Shown here in pieces: positions 1-9,551 of a DNA stretch of 54,998 nt. The DNA is from Candidatus Aenigmatarchaeota archaeon (GTDB lineage Archaea; Aenigmatarchaeota; Aenigmatarchaeia; Aenigmatarchaeales; Aenigmatarchaeaceae), in NCBI GenBank assembly GCA_017609445.1, contig JAFCDY010000002.1, forward strand, positions 1 through 54,998, given 5' to 3'. How positions within the stretch are numbered: the stretch's first letter is position 1; every line of letters begins with the position of its first letter. The notes beneath the pieces were generated by a model. That model saw only the letters and a list, made by a program, of their open reading frames with translations, was not told where the DNA came from and did not search any database. Made by a program: the position numbers and the translations under genes.

Positions 1-297
1 TGCGTTTGTTAGTTTTGTTAATAGGCTTGATTTTCCAGACTGCGTCAGACCAATTATAGTTATCTGTGCGTCTCCTTCCTTGGGAATTGTTGTTATGTGC
101 CTTGCCTTTTTTCCTTCACTTTGTTTTCTTAATTTGGCTAGTTTTGACTTCAATTCAGCAAGAAGATGCTCTGTACCTTTGTGTTTTGGACAGGTTCTGA
201 TCATTTCCTCAAGTGCTTCTATTTTTTCTCTCTTTGTCCTCGCATCCAGATATCTCTCATGTGCTTTAGCATACTCGGGAGTGACGTTGGTTGGCAT
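1..297 (-). CDS. DRG/Obg-family GTP-binding protein, N-terminal part (3' end runs off the window)
   Basis: Own minus-strand translation from the ATG at 297-295 gives MPTNVTPEYAKAHERYLDARTKREKIEALEEMIRTCPKHKGTEHLLAELKSKLAKLRK...GDAQITIIGLTQSGKSSLL. This is a helical N-domain followed by a P-loop (GxxxSGKS), as in archaeal DRG-type GTPases. It is absent from the ORF track because there is no stop codon inside the window. Confidence 0.6.
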   Translation of the reverse strand, partial: MPTNVTPEYAKAHERYLDARTKREKIEALEEMIRTCPKHKGTEHLLAELKSKLAKLRKQSEGKKARHITTIPKEGDAQITIIGLTQSGKSSLLTKLTNA

Positions 298-328
298 AAA
301 TATAGAATTCATTCAGAATATTTAAACT

Positions 329-1297
329 TTACAAAATCGAAGCAATCTCAACATAAGATGACGCATAAAGAATAATAGTTGAGATAACTAAAAGTATAAT
401 GGTAACGCTAAGATATCTCTTCCAACTGTGCTCTCTTGTTAGGACATTTGAAAGAAAATAAAATATTGAAAAGGAAAATATGATGAAACTTATGAATTCT
501 AAGATAACTATGTTAAAAATATCAAATCCTAAGAGACTCGTATCATAACCTAGAACTAATCCTGTGTTATATGAAATGGGTATCAGTAATATTCCTGAAC
601 TCAGAACGGTTGCACTTGCTTTTTTCATGTTATCTCCGAATATTAAAAAACTTGCAGAAGGTTTATCCTCATGGTATTCTTCTTTGATGATATCGTATGT
701 TTTATTCTTCTCTTTCAGGGTGACAACTATTTCTCTATGTATGTTTCGGGCTTCTTCTATTTTTCCTTCTTCAATCGTTTCTACCTCCGACTTGATTATC
801 ACTTCTTCTGCGTGTCTAGCAGAGTAGAAACCGTAAGAAAATGAAGAAAGAAGTAACACAACTGCAATTATAAGGCATGCTAGAATTTTGTTTATTTTTA
901 TTTTAGTTTTCATTTTACTAATTTTCTTTTCATTGGCCTTAGATATCCATCCAGCAAACGAACCGTAAACCATTCCCGAGAGAAGATATCTGAGGCTTAA
1001 TGTAAATATGACTGTAGAACCATAAGAAACATTGAATAGTGTGTAACCCACTATCACAGAAAGTAAGGCATTTGCTAAGAGTCCCATTGAACCTATCAAG
1101 ACACCTTCGTAAACGCCTAGTCTTTTTCTTTTGTAAATTAAAATATAAGAAACGATAGATAAAACAAAAATAGTGAACCCGACGTTATAACCCAGAACAT
1201 CCAAGTTCAGGTTGAGGTTGTAAGTAAATGATATGACTGTATGTAGAAGAGTTATAATCGAAACAGTTAGTATCATTTTCTTTGTTAATGTTTTCAT
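329..1297 (-). CDS. Polytopic integral membrane protein of unknown function; the C-terminal half is possibly SpoIIM/DUF95-like
   Basis: 322-aa ORF with several hydrophobic segments separated by a charged central loop. It lies 5 nt downstream of the surface-protein gene on the same strand. Confidence 0.5.
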   Translation of the reverse strand: MKTLTKKMILTVSIITLLHTVISFTYNLNLNLDVLGYNVGFTIFVLSIVSYILIYKRKRLGVYEGVLIGSMGLLANALLSVIVGYTLFNVSYGSTVIFTLSLRYLLSGMVYGSFAGWISKANEKKISKMKTKIKINKILACLIIAVVLLLSSFSYGFYSARHAEEVIIKSEVETIEEGKIEEARNIHREIVVTLKEKNKTYDIIKEEYHEDKPSASFLIFGDNMKKASATVLSSGILLIPISYNTGLVLGYDTSLLGFDIFNIVILEFISFIIFSFSIFYFLSNVLTREHSWKRYLSVTIILLVISTIILYASSYVEIASIL

Positions 1298-1302
1298 AAT
1301 AA

Positions 1303-4300
1303 TCAGTAGTATTCTGTTCTGTAGCCCTCTTCACCAGAAGGATAATAATATTTGTCGTCATCTCTCTTTTCTTCCTTGGGACCTCTCTTCTTTTTACCGA
1401 GCAAATTGTTTATGATCTCTGTTACCTTATCCCTATACTTGAAGAAAGTTATTCCAGCTATTGCTACTACTATCACGATAGCAAATACCCATATGACTAT
1501 ACCATAGTCTGGAGGTGGCTCCTGCTGGTTCTCGAGAGAGGCTATGCTGCTCCTCAAGTCAGAAATCTTATTCATGGCTGAATCATATTTGCTCTTGGAT
1601 GTGGGGTAGTCTTTATCCAAGTAGGCGTCGCTTGCTTCTTCCAGTAAAGTAAGTGCATCGTTATACAGTGCTTCTATATCAGTGGTGTCCTTGCCTCTGT
1701 TCTTAAGGTCTGTTATGTTCTGTTGAAGAGACTGAACCTCAAGAGTTAGTGTTTGTGCCTCTACTGAGAGATCGTCTATAACATCTATTGTGACGTCAAC
1801 CTGCGCGTTACCGACAGAACTATAGATATTAATCTTGCCTGAATAGGTTCCCACATCTGTTCCTGTTGTGTCTACTCTTGCTTTGAGTGTGCCTTTGCCT
1901 GACGCAGATATTGTGTTTGGCTTGGTGACTATAGAGACCACTTGGGATGCGGTCCCTGATAGATTTGCTTCTATGTTTGCGGCTGAGACTGTGTCTTTGT
2001 TCTCCAATGAAAATGACTTGTCAAATACCTCATCTGGAACAGTGACCTCAGAGATGAAAGTTGGGGTCACCACCAGACTGCTCTGTGGCTGAACAGTAGC
2101 ATTATAGTTAAGAGATATGTCAATAACAATTCTAGCCACGTCAGAATCAATTGTTATAGTTCCAGTGTGGTTTCCTGGTACACTGACATTCAGATACGCT
2201 GTGAAATCAGTTGACCCGCCTGCAGATAGAGAAGATATATTATTTTTTGTGAGGCTTATGTATGGTTCTAGTTCTCCTCCCTCTGTTATGTTTATATCAT
2301 GCAGAGTGCTTGAACCGCCGTTGGTTATTGTGAATTTCTTGGTCTCTATTCCTGATGTATCTGTTACAACCTCCCAGTTCAGCGGTGTCACGGACAAAGC
2401 TGTGCCACCAGCATTAAACGACAGTGTACTGGTATAATTCCTGTAAGAATCATTAACCAGAATATCAACACTGAAAGATCCGCTTGTGGCATTTGAAGAT
2501 ATAGAATATATTGTGTCTGATGTTCCATTGTTTTCTATCTCGTCTATGAAACTCGCTGCATTTCCATCTGGGTCTGTTACATCTATACTGACAGTGAAGT
2601 TCATATCAGTGTAGACATTCTGTGTGGTAACGGTTATGGTAACATTGTCGCCAATGTCATATGATGAATTGTCAAGGGTAGAAAGTATGTTCCAGGCCTT
2701 AACAGATATAATTTTACTCTTATTTCCTATCTCTGGAACACTTGTTATCAGAGTGTAGTTGCCGTTAATTGACGACGGTTCCAAAGAATATGAATAGCTC
2801 CAGTGGGTAGCATTAATTTGATCCATATCTATAGAGTCTATCAGATTCTGACCATCTGGTTTTCTAATAGTAAGAAGCGCTCCGCTTATTGCTCCTTCAG
2901 TATAGACGTCTGCAACAACTATCTCTTCTGGAGTATAAGAATCCTTATCAGTTGCCATTGAGAAGTCTCCAGTTGTTGGGTTTATTATTTTGTAATTTCC
3001 GCCATATTTACCGAGACCTATCATTGAAGAGTTTTCCGCAACAACTTCCAAAATTACTCTTCCCCAATCGCTCGGAGTTATTATTTGTTGGCATAGATTG
3101 TGATTTGAATTGCAGAGAGCATTGACTGGTCCCTCCCCTATTATAGAAAAATTAGACATGTTCCAAATTCTATAGTACATATCAGAACCAAGTGGGCTAG
3201 AACCAGAATATGTACTCACATTTATTGTGTATGATGCACCTGGTTGATAATCGCCAGAATGTATGTTTATAGTCAAGTTTCCGCAAGTGACTGTGTCTGT
3301 ACCATAACCTTTGAGGACCTTGTCTTTCTCGTGAGCAGTCACATTTATTAAATATTCGAATGGATCACTTAATTTTATACTGTCTGTGTATCTGTATCCA
3401 AATGAAGGGTCAGATGTTTCTGTGATAAGGGATAGAGACCCAGTGTCACCTTCTGGTATAGTGGTATAGTTCACAAGATTAAGGATACCATAAACATGCG
3501 AACCCTGTGCTGTGACTAGAGCATATAACAAAAATTCAGTATCTTGTGTCACGTTCCTAGGAATTGAAATAACATCTACAATCCATTCATCTTCTCCTAG
3601 CAAGTTATATATTGTTCTGTCAAACACTTCCCAGGTCTGGCTTGTGAAGTCTGACGGATTTAATAATCCCCAGAAAGCTCCCCTGTCGGTTGTATTGACT
3701 ACAGAATAGGTTCCTGATGGCGAGACATCTGAACATAATGTTCCTATCCATCCTTCGTTTCCGTCCTGCTGCCCATGAACCCTGACTTCATGATTACTTG
3801 TAGAATATATTGGTGGATCGTGGTCAGAATCGATGTCTAAGTTAACTGTTATTGATCCCTCATTTAATTTTGACCAGTATGTGTAACCTCTTTTTGCCTC
3901 ACAGTTATTGTCAGACAGAGAAGTGCTAACCCCAAGATTCACTGGCGACCCGAAAGCGCATCCCTCTATACCAGCATTGTCTTTGTAGACGTTTCTGAAT
4001 GTCATGAAGACTTTTCTGTCGGCTGTAATGTAGTTGTTTATGTTTGAACAGAAGTTGTCTCTATCGCTTGAACTTGAATACACATCAGCAACAGTAACAT
4101 CACCTACGAATATTAAATCAGAACCGTCGGCCAAAGTTTGCCAGTGGCTGGCGCCATCCCTTACGAGAGACGGCTCTATAGTAGTAACATCATATCCTAT
4201 GGTCTCTAATCTGTCACAGAACTTTCTGTCTTCACTCCCTGATGTTATGCCTGAACATGTATTGACATCACCTGTATCAGATGTAACATAGAGTATTGTT

Positions 4301-4368
4301 TTGGTTGCCAAAACTCCTGGTATTATGAATAAGAACATGAGAGCTGCTGCTAAAACTACTTTCTTCAT
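1303..4368 (-). CDS. Large secreted cell-surface (S-layer/adhesin-like) protein with a C-terminal membrane anchor
   Basis: 1021 aa. It has an N-terminal signal peptide (MKKVVLAAALMFLFIIPGVLA), many N-x-S/T sequons, and a coiled-coil-like stretch before a single C-terminal TM (IVIWVFAIVIVVAIAGITFF) and a charged tail. An SD-like AGGTGGATCA sits directly upstream of the ATG. Confidence 0.75.
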   Translation of the reverse strand: MKKVVLAAALMFLFIIPGVLATKTILYVTSDTGDVNTCSGITSGSEDRKFCDRLETIGYDVTTIEPSLVRDGASHWQTLADGSDLIFVGDVTVADVYSSSSDRDNFCSNINNYITADRKVFMTFRNVYKDNAGIEGCAFGSPVNLGVSTSLSDNNCEAKRGYTYWSKLNEGSITVNLDIDSDHDPPIYSTSNHEVRVHGQQDGNEGWIGTLCSDVSPSGTYSVVNTTDRGAFWGLLNPSDFTSQTWEVFDRTIYNLLGEDEWIVDVISIPRNVTQDTEFLLYALVTAQGSHVYGILNLVNYTTIPEGDTGSLSLITETSDPSFGYRYTDSIKLSDPFEYLINVTAHEKDKVLKGYGTDTVTCGNLTINIHSGDYQPGASYTINVSTYSGSSPLGSDMYYRIWNMSNFSIIGEGPVNALCNSNHNLCQQIITPSDWGRVILEVVAENSSMIGLGKYGGNYKIINPTTGDFSMATDKDSYTPEEIVVADVYTEGAISGALLTIRKPDGQNLIDSIDMDQINATHWSYSYSLEPSSINGNYTLITSVPEIGNKSKIISVKAWNILSTLDNSSYDIGDNVTITVTTQNVYTDMNFTVSIDVTDPDGNAASFIDEIENNGTSDTIYSISSNATSGSFSVDILVNDSYRNYTSTLSFNAGGTALSVTPLNWEVVTDTSGIETKKFTITNGGSSTLHDINITEGGELEPYISLTKNNISSLSAGGSTDFTAYLNVSVPGNHTGTITIDSDVARIVIDISLNYNATVQPQSSLVVTPTFISEVTVPDEVFDKSFSLENKDTVSAANIEANLSGTASQVVSIVTKPNTISASGKGTLKARVDTTGTDVGTYSGKINIYSSVGNAQVDVTIDVIDDLSVEAQTLTLEVQSLQQNITDLKNRGKDTTDIEALYNDALTLLEEASDAYLDKDYPTSKSKYDSAMNKISDLRSSIASLENQQEPPPDYGIVIWVFAIVIVVAIAGITFFKYRDKVTEIINNLLGKKKRGPKEEKRDDDKYYYPSGEEGYRTEYY

Positions 4369-4400
4369 TGATCCACCTAAATATACTTTCTGAAACTGGC

Positions 4401-4988
4401 TTATAATAGTTTTGCTTCAAGAACAAGAAGATCTTCCCAAGGTACTTTCTTGTTTTTTATGATATTAACACTGAAATTGTTGTCTTTGAAGAGAGTTTGT
4501 ATTCTTTTTAGTCCTGTTAGAGAACTGATCAATAATAGAATTTCTCCGTTTTTCTCCAAGTGTTGTTTAGATTGTTCTATGAATCTCTTAATAGTTCCGT
4601 CATCTGACCACATCTCACTTCCCTTTATTTTATCCTTATCAGGAAGATATGGCGGATTAAAAACTATCAGATCAAATTTACCTTCTACGTTTTTGAAAAG
4701 ATCAGAAACAAAACATTTTATCTTGACGTTATTAGACTCAGCATTTTTCTTCGTTATTTCGACTGCTCTGGGATTTAGATCAACACATGTAACTGCTGAT
4801 TGTTTGGCTGCTATTATAGATAGCAGACCAGAGCCGCAGCCAACTTCGAGGATTGTTTTATATTTTTTCTCTTTTAATTTCTCCTCCAGTGCTTCTGCTA
4901 TCAGAATAGAATCCTCCCTAGGTTCGTAGACATTTTCAGATACGGTCAACTTGATATCTTTGTAATATAGATTCATATTACTCAACAT
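4401..4988 (-). CDS. HemK/Mtq2-like N5-glutamine (release factor) SAM-dependent methyltransferase
   Basis: SAM-binding motif LEVGCGSGLLS and catalytic NPPY (VFNPPYLP). It overlaps the ABCE1 stop by 11 nt. Confidence 0.8.
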   Translation of the reverse strand: MLSNMNLYYKDIKLTVSENVYEPREDSILIAEALEEKLKEKKYKTILEVGCGSGLLSIIAAKQSAVTCVDLNPRAVEITKKNAESNNVKIKCFVSDLFKNVEGKFDLIVFNPPYLPDKDKIKGSEMWSDDGTIKRFIEQSKQHLEKNGEILLLISSLTGLKRIQTLFKDNNFSVNIIKNKKVPWEDLLVLEAKLL

Positions 4989-6738
4989 AGAAATATCTGT
5001 TTTTTTCTTTCTGGTCCCTGTCCTTCTGGCTACCTGGTTTGTTTGCCCTCGGCCTTCCTGACTGCGGATCTTTTCTGAATGTTATGTCAACTTCTTTCAG
5101 AAATCGGTTGAATCCTTCCTGAAGCTCCAGCTGTTCAGCAGAACCACTCTTGCCAGACTCCCCGGTAAACAACATTGCCCTGTCTGAAAGGTAACTTAAA
5201 AACAACAGATCATGGTCTATTATCATTGCTGAACATTCCTTTTTCTCGCAAAATCTCTGTATGGTCTTGGCAACTGCTATCCTCTGTTCTACGTCTAAAT
5301 AAGCAGAAGGCTCATCCAGTAAATATAAGTCAGCTTCCTTTGAAAGACAGAGAGCGATAGCAACCCTTTGCAATTCACCACCAGATAAGTTAGAAACCTG
5401 ACTTTCTAGAAGTCTCTCGATTCCAAGAGGTCTCATTATTTCTGTCTTATATTCTTCTGTGAAGATCTTGTCTGTTGCTGACATCAACAGCTCAGAAACT
5501 GTTCCCGTAAAACTAGAAGAAATATATTGTGGCTTATAGGATATCCTCATTTTCTTGGTTATTTCTCCTTTGTCTAGTTTGATCTCACCTGCTAGTATTC
5601 TAGCAAATGTTGTTTTTCCTAATGCATTTGATCCAAATATTCCCAGAACCTCTCCTCTCTTGACGTATCCTTTTTTAATTTCAAGAGAGAATCCTTCGAA
5701 CTGTTTCACCATATCAGTGAATTCTAAACAAAATTCTTCCTGTCCCTCTTTAGCAGACTTTATATTTTTGAATTCCAATGGTTCGGGCCTTACTCTTACG
5801 TTATCTTCTTTGATAAAACCGTCCAAGAAAATATTAATGCCAACCCTTGTTCCGTATGGTTTTGAAACAATTCCAAACGCACCCGGATAACCGTAAAAAA
5901 CATGTATTCTGTCGGAGAGAAAGTCCAGTGTCGCTAGATCATGCTCAACCACCATGACAGCTGATTCCTTTGAAAGTTCTCTTATTAGTTTTGCAACCTG
6001 CAGCCTCTGTTTGACGTCCAGATAACTGGAGGGTTCATCAATATAGTATATTCCGGCCTTCCTGACTGCTGTAATTGCTATCGCAACTCTTTGTAACTCT
6101 CCGCCTGACAACTGCTTCAGTTCCCTGTCTTTACAATTAGTTAATCCAAGTTTACCTATGATCTCATCGGTAATTCCCTTTTCATCATATTTCTTTATTG
6201 TATCATAAGCAGTTCCATTTACCTCAGATAAAATGTCTATTTGCTGCGGTTTGACAACAGCTTTTATTTTGTTTTTTTCTAATTGTTCAAGATGCTTTTG
6301 TAATTCAGTTCCCCTGAATATCCTTATGAGTTCCTTTATGTCAGTTTCTTCTGTTTTTCCTAGATTAGGCTTCATCTCGCCAGATAGAATATTGAGAGTT
6401 GTGGTTTTTCCTACGCCATTTGGACCTAATAATCCAACTACTTCTCCCTGAACAGGGAAAGGCAATCTAAATAACGTGAAGCCGTTTTTTCCAAACCTAT
6501 GAATAGGTTCTTCTTTTAATTTTTCAGGAGTATTGACAACAGTTATCGCCTTGAAGGGACATTTCTTGATGCATAATCCGCATCCGATGCACAGTTCCTC
6601 GTCTATTGTTGATTTCTCAGGATCGCCGCTAAGAAAAACACATTTCTCTCCTGATCTGTTTATCGGACAGACGTCAATGCATTCTAGAGAACATTTTTTT
6701 GGTCTGCATCTCTTTCTGTCTATTATAGCGATTCTCAT
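4978..6738 (-). CDS. abcE1: ABCE1 / RNase L inhibitor homolog (ribosome recycling ATPase)
   Basis: N-terminal 4Fe-4S ferredoxin cysteine clusters (CxxCxxC..CP twice) followed by two ABC ATPase cassettes. The cassettes show Walker A (GPNGVGKTT, GSNALGKTT), signature (LSGGELQR twice) and Walker B motifs. Confidence 0.95.
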   Translation of the reverse strand: MRIAIIDRKRCRPKKCSLECIDVCPINRSGEKCVFLSGDPEKSTIDEELCIGCGLCIKKCPFKAITVVNTPEKLKEEPIHRFGKNGFTLFRLPFPVQGEVVGLLGPNGVGKTTTLNILSGEMKPNLGKTEETDIKELIRIFRGTELQKHLEQLEKNKIKAVVKPQQIDILSEVNGTAYDTIKKYDEKGITDEIIGKLGLTNCKDRELKQLSGGELQRVAIAITAVRKAGIYYIDEPSSYLDVKQRLQVAKLIRELSKESAVMVVEHDLATLDFLSDRIHVFYGYPGAFGIVSKPYGTRVGINIFLDGFIKEDNVRVRPEPLEFKNIKSAKEGQEEFCLEFTDMVKQFEGFSLEIKKGYVKRGEVLGIFGSNALGKTTFARILAGEIKLDKGEITKKMRISYKPQYISSSFTGTVSELLMSATDKIFTEEYKTEIMRPLGIERLLESQVSNLSGGELQRVAIALCLSKEADLYLLDEPSAYLDVEQRIAVAKTIQRFCEKKECSAMIIDHDLLFLSYLSDRAMLFTGESGKSGSAEQLELQEGFNRFLKEVDITFRKDPQSGRPRANKPGSQKDRDQKEKNRYFYVE

Positions 6739-6770
6739 AGAAGTGTTTTGATTAGAATAACTTATATAGA

Positions 6771-7271
6771 TTATTCAAAAGCTAGTTCCACTTTGTTGTC
6801 ATACATGTTTGTTATGATTTCTGAGAAGATGTCTTTAGAAACATGAACTCTATTCCTGTCTGCTTGGGATATTCTCACTTTATGGACTTCTCCCTCCGGA
6901 GTATATACTGTATTGATACCGACGACAGGCACTGGTGAAAACAAATTTTTCAGAAACTCTTTGAAGTTGTCTGCTTCTTCAACCACCCTTATCGGTTTGT
7001 TGAACTCTTTTGCCAAAGCCTTCACAACAGACCCCGCCTTGCCAACTATCCTAGCGGCGTCCCCTCTACCAGCTATTATCAGAACAACGTCAGAATTTAT
7101 TACCTTGATTATTTTTGCGTCTGAGAGTGTCCTTATTTTACTGCTTAATTTGAACAAGAACTTCAAAATATTTATTTCATTATCAGATAATCTTCCACTG
7201 TCTAGTTTTTCCTTACAGGCACTACATAAAAGATCAGAGTTCAGACATACTTCACAAATAGGGGTTTTCAT
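6771..7271 (-). CDS. NusA-like KH-domain RNA-binding protein with an N-terminal zinc ribbon
   Basis: The N-terminus has CEVC...CSAC. The KH-type GxxG region is IVGKAGSVVKALAKEFNKPIRVVE, followed by a NusA-like FLKNLFSPVPV segment. Confidence 0.55.
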   Translation of the reverse strand: MKTPICEVCLNSDLLCSACKEKLDSGRLSDNEINILKFLFKLSSKIRTLSDAKIIKVINSDVVLIIAGRGDAARIVGKAGSVVKALAKEFNKPIRVVEEADNFKEFLKNLFSPVPVVGINTVYTPEGEVHKVRISQADRNRVHVSKDIFSEIITNMYDNKVELAFE

Positions 7272-7324
7272 ATTTATCAGACCTATTTAATTATTATAGT
7301 AGAAAGATATAAAAGTTGATTGTT

Positions 7325-8452
7325 ATGGAGATAGGAATTGTAGGCAAGACAAACACAGGGAAGTCAAGTTTTTTCAAGGCTGCGACCCTCATAGATGTGG
7401 AAATAGGCAACAGAACATTTGTAACCATAAAGCCTAACCAGGGGGTTGGGTTTGTTACTGTTTCTTGCCCTTGCAAAGAGTTAGGAGTCAAGTGTAATCC
7501 TAACAACTCAAATTGTGTCAATGGTATTAGATTTGTCCCTGTTAAACTTTTGGATGTCGCTGGGTTGGTTCCCGGTGCGCATGAGGGAAGAGGTTTGGGG
7601 AATAAATTCTTGTCTGATCTGACGAGAGCAGATGTTCTAATATATGTAGTTGATATATCTGGTACAACTGATGCTGAAGGCCAGCCGACATCTGGTTACG
7701 ATCCTTCCAATGATATAAAATTTTTAGAGGAAGAAATCGATCTTTGGTTTGAGTCTGTAATAAAAAGAAACCTCGAAAAAATAAAAGACGAAAAGAAAGC
7801 TGCGACTGTCTTGTCCGGCTTGGGAATAAAAGAGAGACATATTTTAGAAGCCCTCGAAAAAACTGGCGTGGAGCCTTCCAAACTGTCTAGGGAACTAAGA
7901 AAACTGTCTCTTCCTATTGTTGTGGCTGCAAACAAAATTGATGTCGCTGGTTCTGATAAGAACCTAGATGATGCTAAGAATAATTTTTCTGATTTAACAA
8001 TAATCCCCTGTTCAGCGGAATCTGAGATAGCTCTGAAGCAAGCTTCCAAGTCAGGAGTGATTGAATATATCACTGGTTCTGATAATTTCAAAGTAAAGGG
8101 TAAGGTAAATGAAAAACAAGAAAAGGCTCTTGAGTTCGTCAAGAAATCTGTCTTAGAGAAATATGGTTCAACTGGTGTGCAGGAGTGTCTGAATAAATCA
8201 GTATTTGACTTCTTAGAATATATCGTGGTCTATCCTGTTGAAAACGAGAACAAGTTGTCAGACAAGAAAGGAAATGTTCTTCCTGATGCGCACCTGATGC
8301 CTAAGGGTTCAACTGTTATTGATCTCGCTCACAAAGTTCATGAAGATATTGGGAAGAACTTTATCGGAGCCATTGATGCTAGGACCAAAAAGAGAATAGG
8401 GGCTGACCACGAATTGAAAAACGGAGACATAATTTCTATTCAATCCAGATGA
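7325..8452 (+). CDS. YchF/Obg-family GTPase with a C-terminal TGS-like domain
   Basis: P-loop GIVGKTNTGKSS, G3 DVAGLV and NKID motifs, and a C-terminal TGS-like end (LKNGDIISI). The track ORF starts at TTG 7316, but the first ATG at 7325 is the likelier start. Confidence 0.8.
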   Translation: MEIGIVGKTNTGKSSFFKAATLIDVEIGNRTFVTIKPNQGVGFVTVSCPCKELGVKCNPNNSNCVNGIRFVPVKLLDVAGLVPGAHEGRGLGNKFLSDLTRADVLIYVVDISGTTDAEGQPTSGYDPSNDIKFLEEEIDLWFESVIKRNLEKIKDEKKAATVLSGLGIKERHILEALEKTGVEPSKLSRELRKLSLPIVVAANKIDVAGSDKNLDDAKNNFSDLTIIPCSAESEIALKQASKSGVIEYITGSDNFKVKGKVNEKQEKALEFVKKSVLEKYGSTGVQECLNKSVFDFLEYIVVYPVENENKLSDKKGNVLPDAHLMPKGSTVIDLAHKVHEDIGKNFIGAIDARTKKRIGADHELKNGDIISIQSR

Positions 8453-8489
8453 TCATCTTCTTGTGTGTAAATAGTGTATGACGTGTTTT
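8451..8489. repeat. Left copy of a perfect 39-bp direct repeat (GATCATCTTCTTGTGTGTAAATAGTGTATGACGTGTTTT)
   Basis: Read directly from the sequence and identical to 9513-9551. It overlaps the TGA stop of the GTPase gene. Confidence 0.95.
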
Positions 8490-9512
8490 GTCTTGGAGGT
8501 TGGGGATCTTGATATTCGATTCTTCGCGGATTCGCTGAAACAGCTTCTCCCTAGGAATGATTCCTTTGTATTCAAACCCGTTATCTTCAGTCATTTCGCG
8601 CCCCGGTATTCTTTCCTATTTCCGGGTTGAGTTTAGATACATTTCTTCAAATTCTGGACGAATGCCCGTCCGAATCTAGACTAGACCACTACTACTTGAT
8701 AGTAAACTTTTTAAATGTAGGATGTCAAATAATAACAGGGGTATGTATGAGTCCAGAAACCTATGATGGCCTGATATTTTGGGGAGTAGATAACGACAAG
8801 TTAGCGGCAAAGGTAGGTAGAAGACTTGAAGATAATCCTCCTGAAGGCATCAAAGTTATTGAATACACTGGTGATACAGACTCTCCTGGCTGGTATAAGG
8901 AACTTGATCAATTCATATATGTCGAAGATGCTATAGCCGCTTTAGAGAAAGCATATAGCAGGGAGCATATCCAGAAGCTTCATGATATGGACGGTGTTTA
9001 TGTTAGAGAAATATACGATTGGGAAAGAAATCTTCTTAAGAATTACAAAGCGAGATTCAGCATTGAGTTACATGATACCCCGACGAGAAGAGGATTTCGT
9101 GAAGATGATTGCAGTGAGAAAAGGGGATTGATCGATATAGGGCTCCTAATACCATCATTTAACAGGAAGATGTTTCATCTTTTAGATGAATACTGCAAAG
9201 CCACCAGACCAACTTTAGTCGAGGAATACAACATAGAATATTTCTCCGCTAGCTCAAGGCTTCTGGGTACAGCACCGTATCATCAGATTCTTGTGGAAAT
9301 CGACCACGATCCACTTAAATGCCATACAACGCAAATGGCAGAGCAGAGAGTAGAAAACACGTCCAATGCCCTCATTGAACTAATCCAGTATATGCAAAAA
9401 CAATACCCTAAGCTGTGGAAAAAATATATTTGATTGAGAAACATTGACCATATCTGGTATGACAAACGAATCCCTGAGTCCGCATGAGATAGTAATCATT
9501 TCGTGTCTAAAC
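8490..9512. mobile_element. Putative inserted cassette or integrated-element remnant bounded by the 39-bp direct repeats; no recombinase recognised
   Basis: 1023 bp lie between the two repeat copies. The segment carries its own TATA-like box and orphan ORF(s). The right copy forms the last 12 codons of the MFS gene, so the left copy looks like an att/target duplication. Confidence 0.35.
8747..9433 (+). CDS. Hypothetical protein (orphan) carried on the insertion
   Basis: The track ORF 8627-9433 starts at TTG. The in-frame ATG at 8747 lies about 30 bp downstream of the TATA-like CTTTTTAAAT (8707-8716), which fits a leaderless mRNA. No motif was recognised. Confidence 0.5.
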   Translation: MSPETYDGLIFWGVDNDKLAAKVGRRLEDNPPEGIKVIEYTGDTDSPGWYKELDQFIYVEDAIAALEKAYSREHIQKLHDMDGVYVREIYDWERNLLKNYKARFSIELHDTPTRRGFREDDCSEKRGLIDIGLLIPSFNRKMFHLLDEYCKATRPTLVEEYNIEYFSASSRLLGTAPYHQILVEIDHDPLKCHTTQMAEQRVENTSNALIELIQYMQKQYPKLWKKYI

Positions 9513-9551
9513 GATCATCTTCTTGTGTGTAAATAGTGTATGACGTGTTTT
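9513..9551. repeat. Right copy of the perfect 39-bp direct repeat
   Basis: Identical to 8451-8489. It encodes the C-terminal residues (..KHVIHYLHTRR*) of the minus-strand MFS gene. Confidence 0.95.

Noticed and set aside
80-375. Plus-strand track ORFs 80-325 and 166-375
   Set aside because: They lie antisense to a much more convincing minus-strand partial DRG-type GTPase gene (1-297). Their translations are low-complexity and Phe/Leu/Ser/Cys-rich, as expected for shadow frames in AT-rich DNA.
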